Source: a virus
Taxonomy: Duplodnaviria > Caudoviricetes
Virus record (IMG/VR): IMGVR_UViG_3300025689_000001
Location: 32,001 to 96,000 of that record
Direction: 5' to 3' (one strand)
DNA length: 64,000 bases
A model generated the notes under the pieces. The model was given only the letters and a program-made list of their open reading frames with translations. It was not told where the DNA came from and did not search any database. The stretch's first letter is position 1. Each line of letters begins with the position of its first letter. Shown here piece by piece: positions 49,635 to 60,383 of the stretch. Made by a program: the position numbers and the translations under genes.

Positions 49635-50768
49635 TTACTTTGTGTAAGGAGCAAAGTCATGTGGGTTAAGGTTGTTTTCATAACTTGCAGATGGAAGTAC
49701 TGCAAGCGCCTTATTCTCATATACGCACCAGTCATTTGTTGTAAGAATAGCTACACCGAACTTCTTGTAGATTTCAATCTCCATCTGACGGTCTCTGTGC
49801 TGCCAATCTCTTACATCTGTATCGCCCTCGAATACAACCTTGATAATCTTCTGGTTGCCAGCAGGGAAGATAAATGCGTACTGAGGAGGTACCTGGTATG
49901 TATCGTTATTCTCATCAACAAATGCCTGAGGAAGCTGAACGATAGGAGTACCACGGAACATTGTGATATAACCTGTAGCGGCAATTGAAGCAATGTCGTT
50001 AGGGTTATAAACAGGAGTTGCATAACCAGGCTGCTGACCAGCAGTTGGTGTTGCAGGAAGTGCATAAGGACCATAAATAGGCATACCAATTGCATCAGGA
50101 CCCATTTCCTGTACGAACTCAGGAGTTGCGAAGATTACAGCATTACCGCCGCCATAGTTCTTAGCAATTGTGCAAAGTCTCTGCATCTGAGCTGGGTCAA
50201 AGTTAGTTGTAGATGCAATGTTTGCTGCAGGCATATCGCTGTTCTGAGTTGCTGCGATAAGTGCCTTAAGAAGCTCTCTGTAGATAGCCTCCTGGAGACC
50301 ATCAAGAAGGAGCTGAAGTGGTTCAACAAGGTCTTCAGAACCATCAAGTGTACGCTCGAAGTCGATGTATGCAGCTCCGCCGTAAGCCTTAGCGCTTACT
50401 TCGAAGGTGTCAACATCAAGTCTGAATGCCTCGTATACACCTGCAAGACCTACTTCTGTAACGAAAGTCTTTGCACGTCTACGACCACGCTTTACGATGA
50501 ATGAAGCTCTCTGACCGTTTGGTACAGACTTAATCTCAGCGAACTGACCGATAAAGTTGCCAACGTAATCAGGAAGAACCTCGTCAAAAGATTCCTGGAT
50601 AATCTGGAAGATTTCGAGCTTATTCTTTTCATACTCGTACTTGTTAGGAGCAAGAGCCTTGAGTTCTGCTCTTAAAGTTTCCTTTACATCCTTAACGCTG
50701 AATTCAGTAGCAGGGGAAGTGCCTTTGAACGCATGAATATAAAGGTCACGGATATCATTTTTATTCAT
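49635..50768 (-). CDS. major capsid protein (377 aa)
   Basis: Size, position after the protease-scaffold and decoration genes, HK97-like C-terminus (EIEIYKKFGVAIL), strong codon bias, no TAG. Confidence 0.85.
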   Translation of the reverse strand: MNKNDIRDLYIHAFKGTSPATEFSVKDVKETLRAELKALAPNKYEYEKNKLEIFQIIQESFDEVLPDYVGNFIGQFAEIKSVPNGQRASFIVKRGRRRAKTFVTEVGLAGVYEAFRLDVDTFEVSAKAYGGAAYIDFERTLDGSEDLVEPLQLLLDGLQEAIYRELLKALIAATQNSDMPAANIASTTNFDPAQMQRLCTIAKNYGGGNAVIFATPEFVQEMGPDAIGMPIYGPYALPATPTAGQQPGYATPVYNPNDIASIAATGYITMFRGTPIVQLPQAFVDENNDTYQVPPQYAFIFPAGNQKIIKVVFEGDTDVRDWQHRDRQMEIEIYKKFGVAILTTNDWCVYENKALAVLPSASYENNLNPHDFAPYTK

Positions 50769-50790
50769 TACTTTCTCACCTCTCCTTCAA

Positions 50791-51555
50791 TTAAAGTGTT
50801 GCGCCGTTAAGAATCTGGAACATAAATGAGCATGTTCTGTCGGCGTTATCATAAGCTGCTACAACCTGAGCAAGAATGATGTCTTCATCCTCATCAGGTG
50901 TAATACCAATTACAAACTCACCGTCTGAACCGTCACGAACTGCGGCGTAAAGCGGAATGTTAGGATTTGCATGAATGTAGTTCTTAACCTGGAGCCACAT
51001 ATCATAAGAATCAGCAGTTGCAGTGAAGCCACTGAAGTCAATAGCAGGAGCAGCCTGTCCGTTAAATGCAACAGCATTAGCGATTGCAGCAGTTGTATCC
51101 CACTGTACTGTGTTTGTAGTAATTCTCTCGCCTGCCTCAACATAACCAATTCTTGGGAGCCAATCCTCTGTTGTCAAGAAGAAGTTTCTTCTCTGAGGAG
51201 CAAACTGATTGTAGAGCTTTTCAGTTGAGTAGTTAACACCTACACGAAGTCCTGCTGCCTTACCAGCCTTTGTAGGAACCTGAGCAAGGTAGTTATGCTT
51301 ATCAACCATAAGGAATGCACCATTCTGTGCAACAATCTTTGTAGCGTCGCCTGCGCCAGGAGTTGTCTCTCTTACGAAAACTGTGAGAGGAGCAACCTGA
51401 GCATCGGAGAACTCTCTTGGGTCAAGTCTGCTCTGTGCTTCAACCATACCAGCTCTATCGAACCAAACCTGGTTAGGCTCGATCTGGCCATAGTTGAGAC
51501 CCTTAGCACTATTTCCGTTACGGTAAAGACCGCGGTCAAATTTTACCAAAGCCAT
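50791..51555 (-). CDS. putative capsid decoration/minor head protein
   Basis: Lies between the scaffold and MCP genes; high-expression codon bias; no TAG. Confidence 0.6.
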   Translation of the reverse strand: MALVKFDRGLYRNGNSAKGLNYGQIEPNQVWFDRAGMVEAQSRLDPREFSDAQVAPLTVFVRETTPGAGDATKIVAQNGAFLMVDKHNYLAQVPTKAGKAAGLRVGVNYSTEKLYNQFAPQRRNFFLTTEDWLPRIGYVEAGERITTNTVQWDTTAAIANAVAFNGQAAPAIDFSGFTATADSYDMWLQVKNYIHANPNIPLYAAVRDGSDGEFVIGITPDEDEDIILAQVVAAYDNADRTCSFMFQILNGATL

Positions 51556-53078
51556 TATCTATTACCTCCTTTGTGTTTTAATAAAAGTGCGATAACGCCA
51601 GAGTCAGTATTCTTTGCGTTATTCTTGAAGATTAAGTCAGGCTTATCTTCCTCTCCCTTACCGGAGATAATAGAAGAATCAGTATTGTAAGCAGCAAAGC
51701 ATACTTCCTTCTTGAAGTCTTCAACAGAATAATCATCCATCTTAGCGTTGAAATCAGCTGTCTGCTCCTCTGTGAGATGCTCAGCAAATTCGGCAATAAT
51801 AGCGTTCTTCTTTTCTGTATCAACAGACTTCTTGAAGCTTTCAAGCTCTGACTTTTCATTATTAAGGTCGCTAATTGAGCTATTTAATCTACTAATTTCG
51901 GCATCCTTTGCCTCAAGCTGAGATTTAAACTCATCAAGCTGTGACTGAAGTTCTGCGCTGTTGTCAAGAGAATTCTTAGACTTATCGTCATCCTTCTTGT
52001 CATCATCGTCATCCTTCTTGTCGTCATCCTTCTTATCATCGTCGTCCTTCTTGTCATCATCCTTCTTGAATGCCTCAATCTGAGCGAGCGCATCATCAAG
52101 GCTTGCCTGAAGGGCTTCCTTATCAGCTGTGAACTCTGCAACCTTTGCATCGTAAGACTCAATCTTAGCCTGAGCGTCAGCAAATGAACCTGCAGCCTTC
52201 ATAGCATTAAGAGCTGTCATTTCAGCTTCTGTTACATCAACGATGTAGCAATCTTCAACTCTGTCAATTGCAACAGTATTAGCTTCATTATCCTTTGTGT
52301 AGTAAGCACGAATATACTTGTTATTAACAGCGTCATATGCAATTGCATAGTCATCATAAATGTCGCAAATAATCTTATAATCTTCTGGTGTGCTGTTAAG
52401 TGCATCAAACAAGAGCTCGCACTTCGCGCCATCAGAAAGTCTAAAGAGATTTTTCTCCATCTTTTTGCTCTCCTCCTTTTCCTTAGAATTTTTTAAGTAA
52501 TCAAACATTGCTTTAGCATCCTTATATAAACTAAAGAATGCAGAACCTTCGAAGCAGGGTTCGACCTCATCTCCGAGCACCTGTAGACCTAGCAGATGTC
52601 CTTTCTGGAACTCGAAGTAAGGTTCTCCATCACTCCAAATCTTCCACTCTCCTTCAAGTCCTTTTTTATGGATTTCCATAGACTGTGACTTTCCGGGGAT
52701 AAGGTTTGCTTCTGGATAGAGAGCGGTGTAGAGATAAACATCTGCACAAGCATACTCTCTTTCAACCCCATCATCATCTACATGCTTCTCCCAAGCAAAG
52801 TTAGGGTCCTCAGGAACCACACCATAAATGCGTCCGTCAGTATTATCTCCGCCGTGGTCCTCATAATCAAGACCGTCTTTGTCAAAAATACCTTTAATTG
52901 GCGCATATGGTAAAGACTCAATCAATTGTTTTGCGAAGTCTTCCGATATAAATGTACGGTTTCTATTGAGTCCCCTATAAAAAATGCGTAATCTGCATTT
53001 AGAAAGAGTGGGAGAAAGAGTTTCAACATCGCCAAAAAGCGTAACATTGAATTTAAGTAAACTCTCATCAAGCTTCAT
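51555..53078 (-). CDS. prohead protease-scaffold fusion
   Basis: N-terminal protease-like motifs (NRNRTFIS, QSMEI, VLGDEVEPCFEGS) and an acidic coiled-coil C-terminus. Confidence 0.8.
   Translation of the reverse strand: MKLDESLLKFNVTLFGDVETLSPTLSKCRLRIFYRGLNRNRTFISEDFAKQLIESLPYAPIKGIFDKDGLDYEDHGGDNTDGRIYGVVPEDPNFAWEKHVDDDGVEREYACADVYLYTALYPEANLIPGKSQSMEIHKKGLEGEWKIWSDGEPYFEFQKGHLLGLQVLGDEVEPCFEGSAFFSLYKDAKAMFDYLKNSKEKEESKKMEKNLFRLSDGAKCELLFDALNSTPEDYKIICDIYDDYAIAYDAVNNKYIRAYYTKDNEANTVAIDRVEDCYIVDVTEAEMTALNAMKAAGSFADAQAKIESYDAKVAEFTADKEALQASLDDALAQIEAFKKDDDKKDDDDKKDDDKKDDDDDKKDDDKSKNSLDNSAELQSQLDEFKSQLEAKDAEISRLNSSISDLNNEKSELESFKKSVDTEKKNAIIAEFAEHLTEEQTADFNAKMDDYSVEDFKKEVCFAAYNTDSSIISGKGEEDKPDLIFKNNAKNTDSGVIALLLKHKGGNR
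51980..52070 (-). repeat. low-complexity KKDDD(D) tandem repeat in the scaffold domain
   Basis: KKDDDKKDDDDKKDDDKKDDDDDKKDDDK. Confidence 0.9.
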
Positions 53079-54670
53079 TATTTATCCTCACCTCCATCAC
53101 TCTTTTTTTCTGCAGAACTATCATCTTCCTTTGCCTTGTCTGAGGATTCTTTTTTCTCTTTCTGTTCCTCGTCTTTTTTAGCAGTAGTAGAGTCATTAGA
53201 GTTTTGGCTGTCTTTTCCAGCCTAAGCAGTAATAGCATTAGTCTTGCCAGATTGAGTATATGCTGACTGGAGCGGCTTAAGTACTTCATCCAAATCGAGA
53301 ACTTCATTCTCCAAAGCCTTAAGGTCTGCAAGATTAGTCTAATTAAGTCCTGTTGACAAAATAGGTGTCAAGAAGCTGTAACCAAATGCTGCAAGGTCCT
53401 TAGCCTTTGAAGTGTACTCAAAGCTATTGTAATAGCTGACTGGTAGTACTAATAGCATGAATGATAACTTTCGGTTACCAAATTTATTATTTAACAAGGC
53501 AGTAAAGAAGTGTGCAAATCCATTGCCAAGAACCATCATCATAGACAGGTCATTGTTCAATGAGAACTAAATACCTGCATCAGTTGTGGCACTGAACAGT
53601 TCCTTCGATACGCCTGCAGAATCGTATATTAATTGCTGGGCGGCGGCAACATCGGTATTTTCCATATTGTTTCCGCTTAAATCAAGCAAACCAACTTTAC
53701 CATAAGAAGTAACTACGTCGGCGTCTGGATTATCTGCTAACATCTCCAGAACACCGTCATGCATCTCTGCGGCTTCGTCTGGTTCAAATACAAGCTACAT
53801 TCCATCGTGTGGAATTTCTTGTGTGATAATTCTCTTTAATCCTAACTATTTTCTATCCTTATCAATTGCCTTATAATCCTCTAAATCATCGATAAGAGGA
53901 ATTAAATCAAGAAAGAATGGAACTTCGTCAAACAATGTGAAATAGATACCAAGTTCAGCAGGTAAGAAAATCCAAGGTTCTTTACCATTCTTGAAAGCAC
54001 GATAGCCTTTCTGAACACACTTAGGATAAGTTTTAAGAATCTGCTTTCTTAACTCTTCGTCACGAATTGTGTCAAAGAAACGCATATCAAATTCAACAAT
54101 ATCAACATCTTGGTGATTCTTATATCTACTACGACAATACTCAAAAGGCAGGTCCTGAATAGCTACATCAGTACCGCTGTCATGAATAATACCATAATAG
54201 CCGCCATCCACAAGAACATTCTTTGCAAACCAAGCACATTTTCTTTCAATATCAAAAGAAGAACAAAAATCGGCTGCATCGAAATAAACTTTCTTGTTCT
54301 GCTTGTTACCAAGCTTCTCAGTATACTTTTTCATATGAGGGACTAAAATCCAGGAATAGGTAAGGAAAGTAGCATAGTGGAGAATAACTCGTTTATAAAC
54401 ACCGCTTACTTTGAAGAAATATTGAGATAGCTGACATTTTTCAACGGAATTTCCTTCAGTAACAATACGATGAATTTCATCTTTACTAAAGTCTCTTCTA
54501 ATTCTATTTGCAGAAGGCTCACGGTTATTAGACTTAATCAACGCGGCTTTGCTTTTAGCTATCATATTCTCAATTTCTTTTCTGAAAGTATCAACTCTCT
54601 GCTCACGCAGTTTGCGATATTCTTCAGCAGTAATTGTAGGAATTGTTGCTCCAACTTTAACTTCACTCAC
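53078..54670 (-). CDS. portal protein (~530 aa, TAG read-through)
   Basis: Three track ORFs in one frame; lies between TerL and the protease; TAA overlaps the protease ATG. Confidence 0.85.
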
Positions 54671-56469
54671 TTTCTTCCACCTCCCTTACTACAGAATGTC
54701 AATCGTCTCGTTAAACCACGATTACGGCGGCGAGCCAATTGCTGATTTTCAATCTACACAACTCTATAAACTCCCATTTCCAAAGCTGAGAATTTATCCT
54801 TAAGTGTTCTCTCATTAATTTGTTCAACGGCAATTTGGTTATTAATACCAGTAGGCTTAATCTTCAAGTTCATAATCTCATTCATAAGACTTGAAGTTAA
54901 GATATGTGGCATCAATCTTGCGTTCTGTGCTTCTGGACTCATTCTCTAACCCTTACGAGTTGAAAGAAGTTTTGTTCTTGCAGACTGCTCTGAAATTAAA
55001 AATTTCATATGACCAGAATAAATCTTTGAATATAAAGCAGAGTGCATATCACTGTTGATTTGTCCATTAGCCTTGATACCAAAAAGAATTTTGACCGCAT
55101 TACGAGGCTGAACTGTAAGATATTTAGACTCTTCATTAAAGAAACCATAAGCAGGACGAGTAACCTAATACTCTTCATCCCAAGTCTCCTTAATCATGTT
55201 ATCTGCAAAAGCAACACCAAGTCCGTTAATATCGATTACAACCTCTTTAGGGTTGAACCTTTCAATAAGTCTCTTAAGCTCAATTACCTAACGGTCAAAT
55301 ACTTTCTCTTCTACTGTTTTACCAAGAACAAATAAATTAACAAGATTTATCTTATATCCTTCACTATTGTTAGGAAATACTTTAAGGACTGTAGCGACAG
55401 TCTAACAACCAATTCTCGCTACATCCACACTGATAATGTAGAAAGATTCGATACCTTCTCTAACTTTTTCTGATGTTTCCGGATTGATAAGTCGTCTTGC
55501 GCGAGCAAGCTTCTCAAAATCAAACCAAGCATCTGCGGAGCCGCCGACGAACCTCGACATATACTCCTTAGCAAAGCCAAGTTCATTAAAAGTAGGCGAC
55601 ATTTTCAATTCAGTCAGATAGTCTTTAGAAAGAAGTCCAGTTAAAACTGGGATTCTGTAGTCGAAGCCCCAAACGAAAGTTTCCTTTGGGTTAATAATCT
55701 ATTGTTCAAACAATTCAATAGTCTTATCATAGCAGAAAGTATTTTTCTCACTTGCAGAAGTAATCCACAGCTGTACCTGCTGTGGTTCATTTTCATTCAA
55801 ATCTCCGTTAACCATAGGACGGTCAACGTTCAAAAGTGGTAATATAATTTCATTAATATCTTCAGCCAAATGGTCACGGAACTCATCGAGAATACCACAA
55901 GTAGCACGGTTACCACGAGTTGAGTTCAGTGGCGTCATAACGTCGAAAAGTGAACCATTTTTAAAAGTAAGTCTTACATAGTCATTACCAAAGTTACCGC
56001 CACCAATGATTTCATCTTTCAAAAGTGGGAAGAAATCCCAAAGCTGATGAATCTTCTGATTGGCGATTTTAGCACCCTGAGCTTTACCAGGAGCGCACTG
56101 GAAAACGTGTGAACCAGGACGGAAAATACAAATCAAGTAAAGCGCAAGAATACAAATAAATGATTTACCGGCGGCACGAGGAGCAATAGTCAATACACGT
56201 CCATATCTCAAACATGCTCTGATAAACATTACTTGGAAGAATTTTAACTTAAACTTAGAATGTACAGGTTTAATCAATTCAAGATAAAGGTCTGGATAAG
56301 AAGCAAATAAATTCAAATACTGCTCATATAATTTAATATTTTTCTGAATACGTTTTTCAGTGATAACTGCGCCTTTCTCAAGCGCCACGCCATTACGGTA
56401 GAAAGTCTCACCCTTACTTAATACCTTTGACGTGGCGGCAAGCATGGCTGACGGTAATATAATACTCAT
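54667..56469 (-). CDS. terL: terminase large subunit (~600 aa, TAG read-through)
   Basis: Walker A APRAAGKS, Walker B GILDE, motif III ITSA, nuclease ISVDVAR and IDINGLG; TGA overlaps the portal GTG. Confidence 0.92.
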
Positions 56470-56478
56470 ACTACCACC

Positions 56479-57399
56479 TTAAATCTCAACATTAAACTCT
56501 TCATTTTCATCGACAGAGTTAGCGAATTCATCATACTCGCCCCAGTCGAATCCTGAGTTCGTAAGTTTATCAGCAGCCTTCAAATTCTCAATTCTTTCAT
56601 TAATCTCTTCACCGATAGAAGTCTCATTAATATAAAGATAACGTGACCAATACTGAATATCCTTCATAGTCTTGTCAACTTCATCGTTGACCGCACCATT
56701 GTAATACTAAACCTTATATCCAAGTTTTTCAAGATAAGCCCAAAGTTCACCAGTAGAGTTGAACTCTGAACCTTCTTTAATTGCCTGAGTAGTAATACCA
56801 GCAAGTTTACACAAGTTCTCATAAGCCTTCAAATCTTTATCGAATTCAACTCCGCCGCGGATTTTGTCCTCAATAATTAACGATATCTTGCAAAGTTTAA
56901 GGACTTGGTCCTCATTCAAAGCACCAACAATGCCGGCAGTATTAGTAATACCTACATACAAATTCTCAAGGTACTCCAATTGCTACTCATCATATTCTGG
57001 ACCCCATCTTCTCTGGAGCTTTGTAACTCTTGCTTCCTTCAATTCCGGCAATCCATCTTCTACACGTTTTTCTTCCTGAAGCTGTAAATACGCATCGTTA
57101 TACATCGTCCAATCGAGCGTATTATAAGGCTTCTCTCTGAACATATAACAATATGTTCCAAAAGCATCAGTTCCATGAGCTTTGTAAATTTTCTCAAACT
57201 CTTCTGGAACAAAAGGAACATCAGCAAGCTGACACAGCTTATTAACCGTATTCCATCTCTCTGTTTCCGACTTACCACTAATTTCATTCGCAATGCACTG
57301 GCGGCAAATCGGCATAGAACCATTAAGAAGTTTTGACCTTACACCAATGAAATTGGCAGGGCTCTTTTCTTCTTTACATAGCAAACATTTCTTTGCCAT
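56479..57399 (-). CDS. Zn-finger protein upstream of TerL (possible small terminase/packaging factor; TAG read-through)
   Basis: CLLC...ICRQC; three track ORFs in one frame. Confidence 0.7.
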
Positions 57400-57412
57400 T
57401 TTTCCTCACCTC

Positions 57413-57700
57413 TTAATTTTGAGGTGAACTATTCTATTCCTTTACTCTATAAAATTCATCATTATTTTTCTTAATCTCTTTTGCCAACTTTAAAATCTCT
57501 CTTCTTTCTTTTCTACCTAAAGCGGAATAGAACTCAACCGTAGTAATAATCAATTCTTCCCAATCCTCATTAAGAATTGCTTTCTTAATAGTCTCTGGGT
57601 CAACTTTAACAATCTTAGCAAAACCAAGTATATCCTTAACTTCAAACGAAGTAAAACACTTCATCAATTTTGCTTCATAACTATTTCCCAATCCCATCAA
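57413..57700 (-). CDS. hypothetical protein (TAG at 57434 read through to TAA 57413)
   Basis: GAGGTG RBS; track ORF 57434..57700 plus 7 codons. Confidence 0.65.
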
Positions 57701-57703
57701 ATC

Positions 57704-58216
57704 TCACCTCACATACTCCCAGTGATAACCATGGGTGGCTTTATAAATACCTTTGCAAGTTTTTGCAATTGCAGAATCATCCAAGCCCGTTGCTCTTGCT
57801 GCTTCACGGATAGATGGATAAATAATTTGCGTTTCAAGACATTTTACTGGGACACTTTTCTTAATATCGTTTCTTTGTTTATTAGAAACTTTTTTATTTC
57901 TATTTCCATAATTACAATTATCTTTATGAATCATCCATTCTAAATTATCAATTCTATTATTTGTTTTGTTTTCATCTTTATGATTTACGTCATAATTATT
58001 CATATCATCAATTGGATTAAATGTTTCCATTACAAGTCTATGTATATGTTTCGTTTTTACTTCGCCGCGTAAATGAAGTGTAACCTACAAATATCCTTTG
58101 GAAAGAGATAATTTTAATATTTTTTCTCTATTAAAATATAAACTCTTAACTCTACCAAAACTACTAATTTGATAGAAACCTTCATAACCCTTTATATCTT
58201 TCCATTCTTCTGTCAT
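57704..58216 (-). CDS. free-standing NUMOD4/HNH endonuclease (TAG read-through)
   Basis: EEWKDIKGYEGFYQISSFGRVKS...GYL[Q]VTL...IHRLV...VNHKDENKTNNRIDNLEW. Confidence 0.88.
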
Positions 58217-59433
58217 TAAATTTCACCACGTCGTTTTTTTTGGTCACATCTTTTGCAGCGGTTCGTAAGCCCGTCAGGGGCTTTAGATTTTCTTACAAAA
58301 TTACGCGGGTCACGCAATAAAATTTCATTACAGCAGTTGCACTTTTTCCACGCAGGCTTATAATCCTTGCAACACCATTCATCATAATTAAGGTCGGCGG
58401 CATCGCAAATTAGCTGACAAACTTTGTTCCAAATAGTCGAAATATAATTCTCCTAATGATAAATCCCCATTTTATCCATCAGGAGCTAACAAATCTCCTT
58501 ATTCAACATATTATGCTTCTTCGCCTCAGTAATCAGCTTCTATTGTTCACTCAAATTCGCTTTTTCAATATAGAAGTCAAGCGTCCATAACAAATTATTA
58601 AGCGGCGAATCAGGATTCTTCTCAGCCTAATCCTTAATCTAATAATAATTCAAACATAACTAATAAACATGCTCTTTATCTAAAAAACTAAAATAGGGCT
58701 TTCCTTTTTTCTTAAGCTCCTCAATTTCTTTCTCGATGTCCCTCGCGGCGAATTGACGCCCACTTCTATCCGGGTGCATGAAACCACTATCATGCTCATA
58801 GCTCATCATCCCACACGGGTAAACCGGATAATTCATCTCCGAGTCAATTGGACTTGAATAAAAGCTACCGTAATTCTTGTTCGCCACCTACTCTGGATGA
58901 GCTGAATCCTTCAACATGTACTGTTGCTTCCTCAACTCAATAAGCTAATGGTTTAAGTGGTAAATCTGTTTGGAATCAAGCTGTGGGACAACTTCGCCGC
59001 GTTCCGGCTGAATTTCTCCCTTAGCAAGCTTAAGTCGTCTGTCGAGCTAATCAATAGCCTCCCAAAGCTCCTTCATACCAGGAATATCCTTATATTTTTC
59101 TCTGTTCTAACTAATCGATTCGGGTTTAACTTTCTTATAAATGTTTTTCTCTTTAGTAAAAATAGTTTCGTCAAATGTTGGACTTTCCATCAATGCTTCC
59201 AAAGAAACTGGTTCTGATTGGCTATACGAATTATAACGGGTTTTAATGTAGACTTCTTTTCGGTCGACAACTGATGTGTTGTTTTTCTCAGGGTCTTTAC
59301 CATATAAAACGTAATCTGTACAAGTCTCAATGTCTTTCTTGGTAAGTTGTGTAAAGTCAACAGTATCCTTGAGGTACTAAAGTCTTTCTTGGGAGGTTTC
59401 AAGATTAAAGTCAAGTTTAAATCTCATAGGCAT
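58216..59433 (-). CDS. conserved hypothetical protein (~405 aa) with an HTH-like segment and C-terminal Zn ribbon; first gene of the late operon
   Basis: GGAGGTG RBS; TAG read-through; WKKCNCC...NRCKRCD. Confidence 0.72.
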
Positions 59434-59458
59434 TTTCTACCTCACCTCCATTGATTAA

Positions 59459-59487
59459 ATTATAACACAGATTTGAGAGAAAGTCAA
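59459..59487 (-). promoter_or_regulatory. sigma-A type promoter at the head of the morphogenesis operon
   Basis: TTGACT-17-TATAAT with TG extension on the minus strand. Confidence 0.78.
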
Positions 59488-59754
59488 GCAGAGGGGTCCT
59501 GTTCTCGGAGATTTAGGGGTGTCTGTCCGGGAGGGGACATGTCGAAAAATTTGCTCCATGAAAATTTGAGAGCAGGGGGTGCGGCTGATTATACTTTTGG
59601 TATAATTCAATTCTATGATACCCCCCGTCAGCCGCCGAAATTATACAGACTGTATACCGCCACAAGCCTGTGGAGTTCGTCAAGCTGCACAAAAAGCAAG
59701 AGTTTTCAACACTATTTTTTTACACTGGAACGGCGAAAAATTATTAAAAACCTA

Positions 59755-59783
59755 TTGACATTTGCTGTATATTGTGCTATAAT
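59755..59783 (+). promoter_or_regulatory. consensus sigma-A promoter (early type)
   Basis: TTGACA-17-TATAAT, TG extension, AT-rich UP element. Confidence 0.85.
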
Positions 59784-59861
59784 ATAGATACAGTCAAGGG
59801 AACGGCTGAGACGTCAAGCGGTTCACGACTGATAATATTTATTGAATGGAGCGTGTTTTTT

Positions 59862-60371
59862 ATGACATTTGCAAACAAAATGTATCTTTACAAGTATTTC
59901 AAAGCTGTGGGAGCGGACGTTGTGGCTCTAGGTTTCCCTCTTTGCGGTTCTCACGATGTAGCGGTTATTCTGCTTTCAAAGTCCGACTTCATCGCTATTT
60001 CAGACGGTTACTTTGAAAAGCTGTCACCTGCTTGTAAGGACTTTATGCGTCACGTTATCAAGTCCAAAAAGACCGACAATCATTTCCGCTTTAGCTTTAA
60101 GGCTAAAGACCTGCAATTCCTTGCAATCAGTGAGGGCAATACAAACCTTGAACCTGTTTGCTCCGCTGATAGGTTTGAAGAAATCAAGACCGAAAATGCG
60201 GAGTTCCTGCATCAGAAAAACGCTGGATATGCTCTTGAAAGAGTTGTCTATGAAATGTTCGGTAGGGAGTGGAGTTGGAAGCATAAGGGCTGTGACCTGC
60301 AAGGCGTGGAACTGAATGGTGAGACTGTGAACATTGAAATCAAGTGGTTCAACGGTCAGGCAAAGAAGTGA
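59862..60371 (+). CDS. hypothetical protein
   Basis: ATG 59862 after GGAG; no TAG; ends TGA. Confidence 0.72.
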   Translation: MTFANKMYLYKYFKAVGADVVALGFPLCGSHDVAVILLSKSDFIAISDGYFEKLSPACKDFMRHVIKSKKTDNHFRFSFKAKDLQFLAISEGNTNLEPVCSADRFEEIKTENAEFLHQKNAGYALERVVYEMFGREWSWKHKGCDLQGVELNGETVNIEIKWFNGQAKK

Positions 60372-60383
60372 GACAAGAGGTCA

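Noticed and set aside
35349-53331. Track ORFs 35349-35594 and 53068-53331 as separate genes
   Set aside because: They are off-frame shadows of the read-through 33487-35559 gene and of the portal C-terminus.
14464-59433. Interpreting the fragmented structural genes as pseudogenes of a decayed prophage
   Set aside because: The breaks I checked are all TAG, frames stay constant over thousands of codons, and RBSs and stop/start overlaps are intact.
237-59433. TAG as pyrrolysine or occasional programmed read-through
   Set aside because: TAGs are numerous, sometimes tandem, sit at Gln-compatible non-catalytic positions, and no pyl genes are visible.
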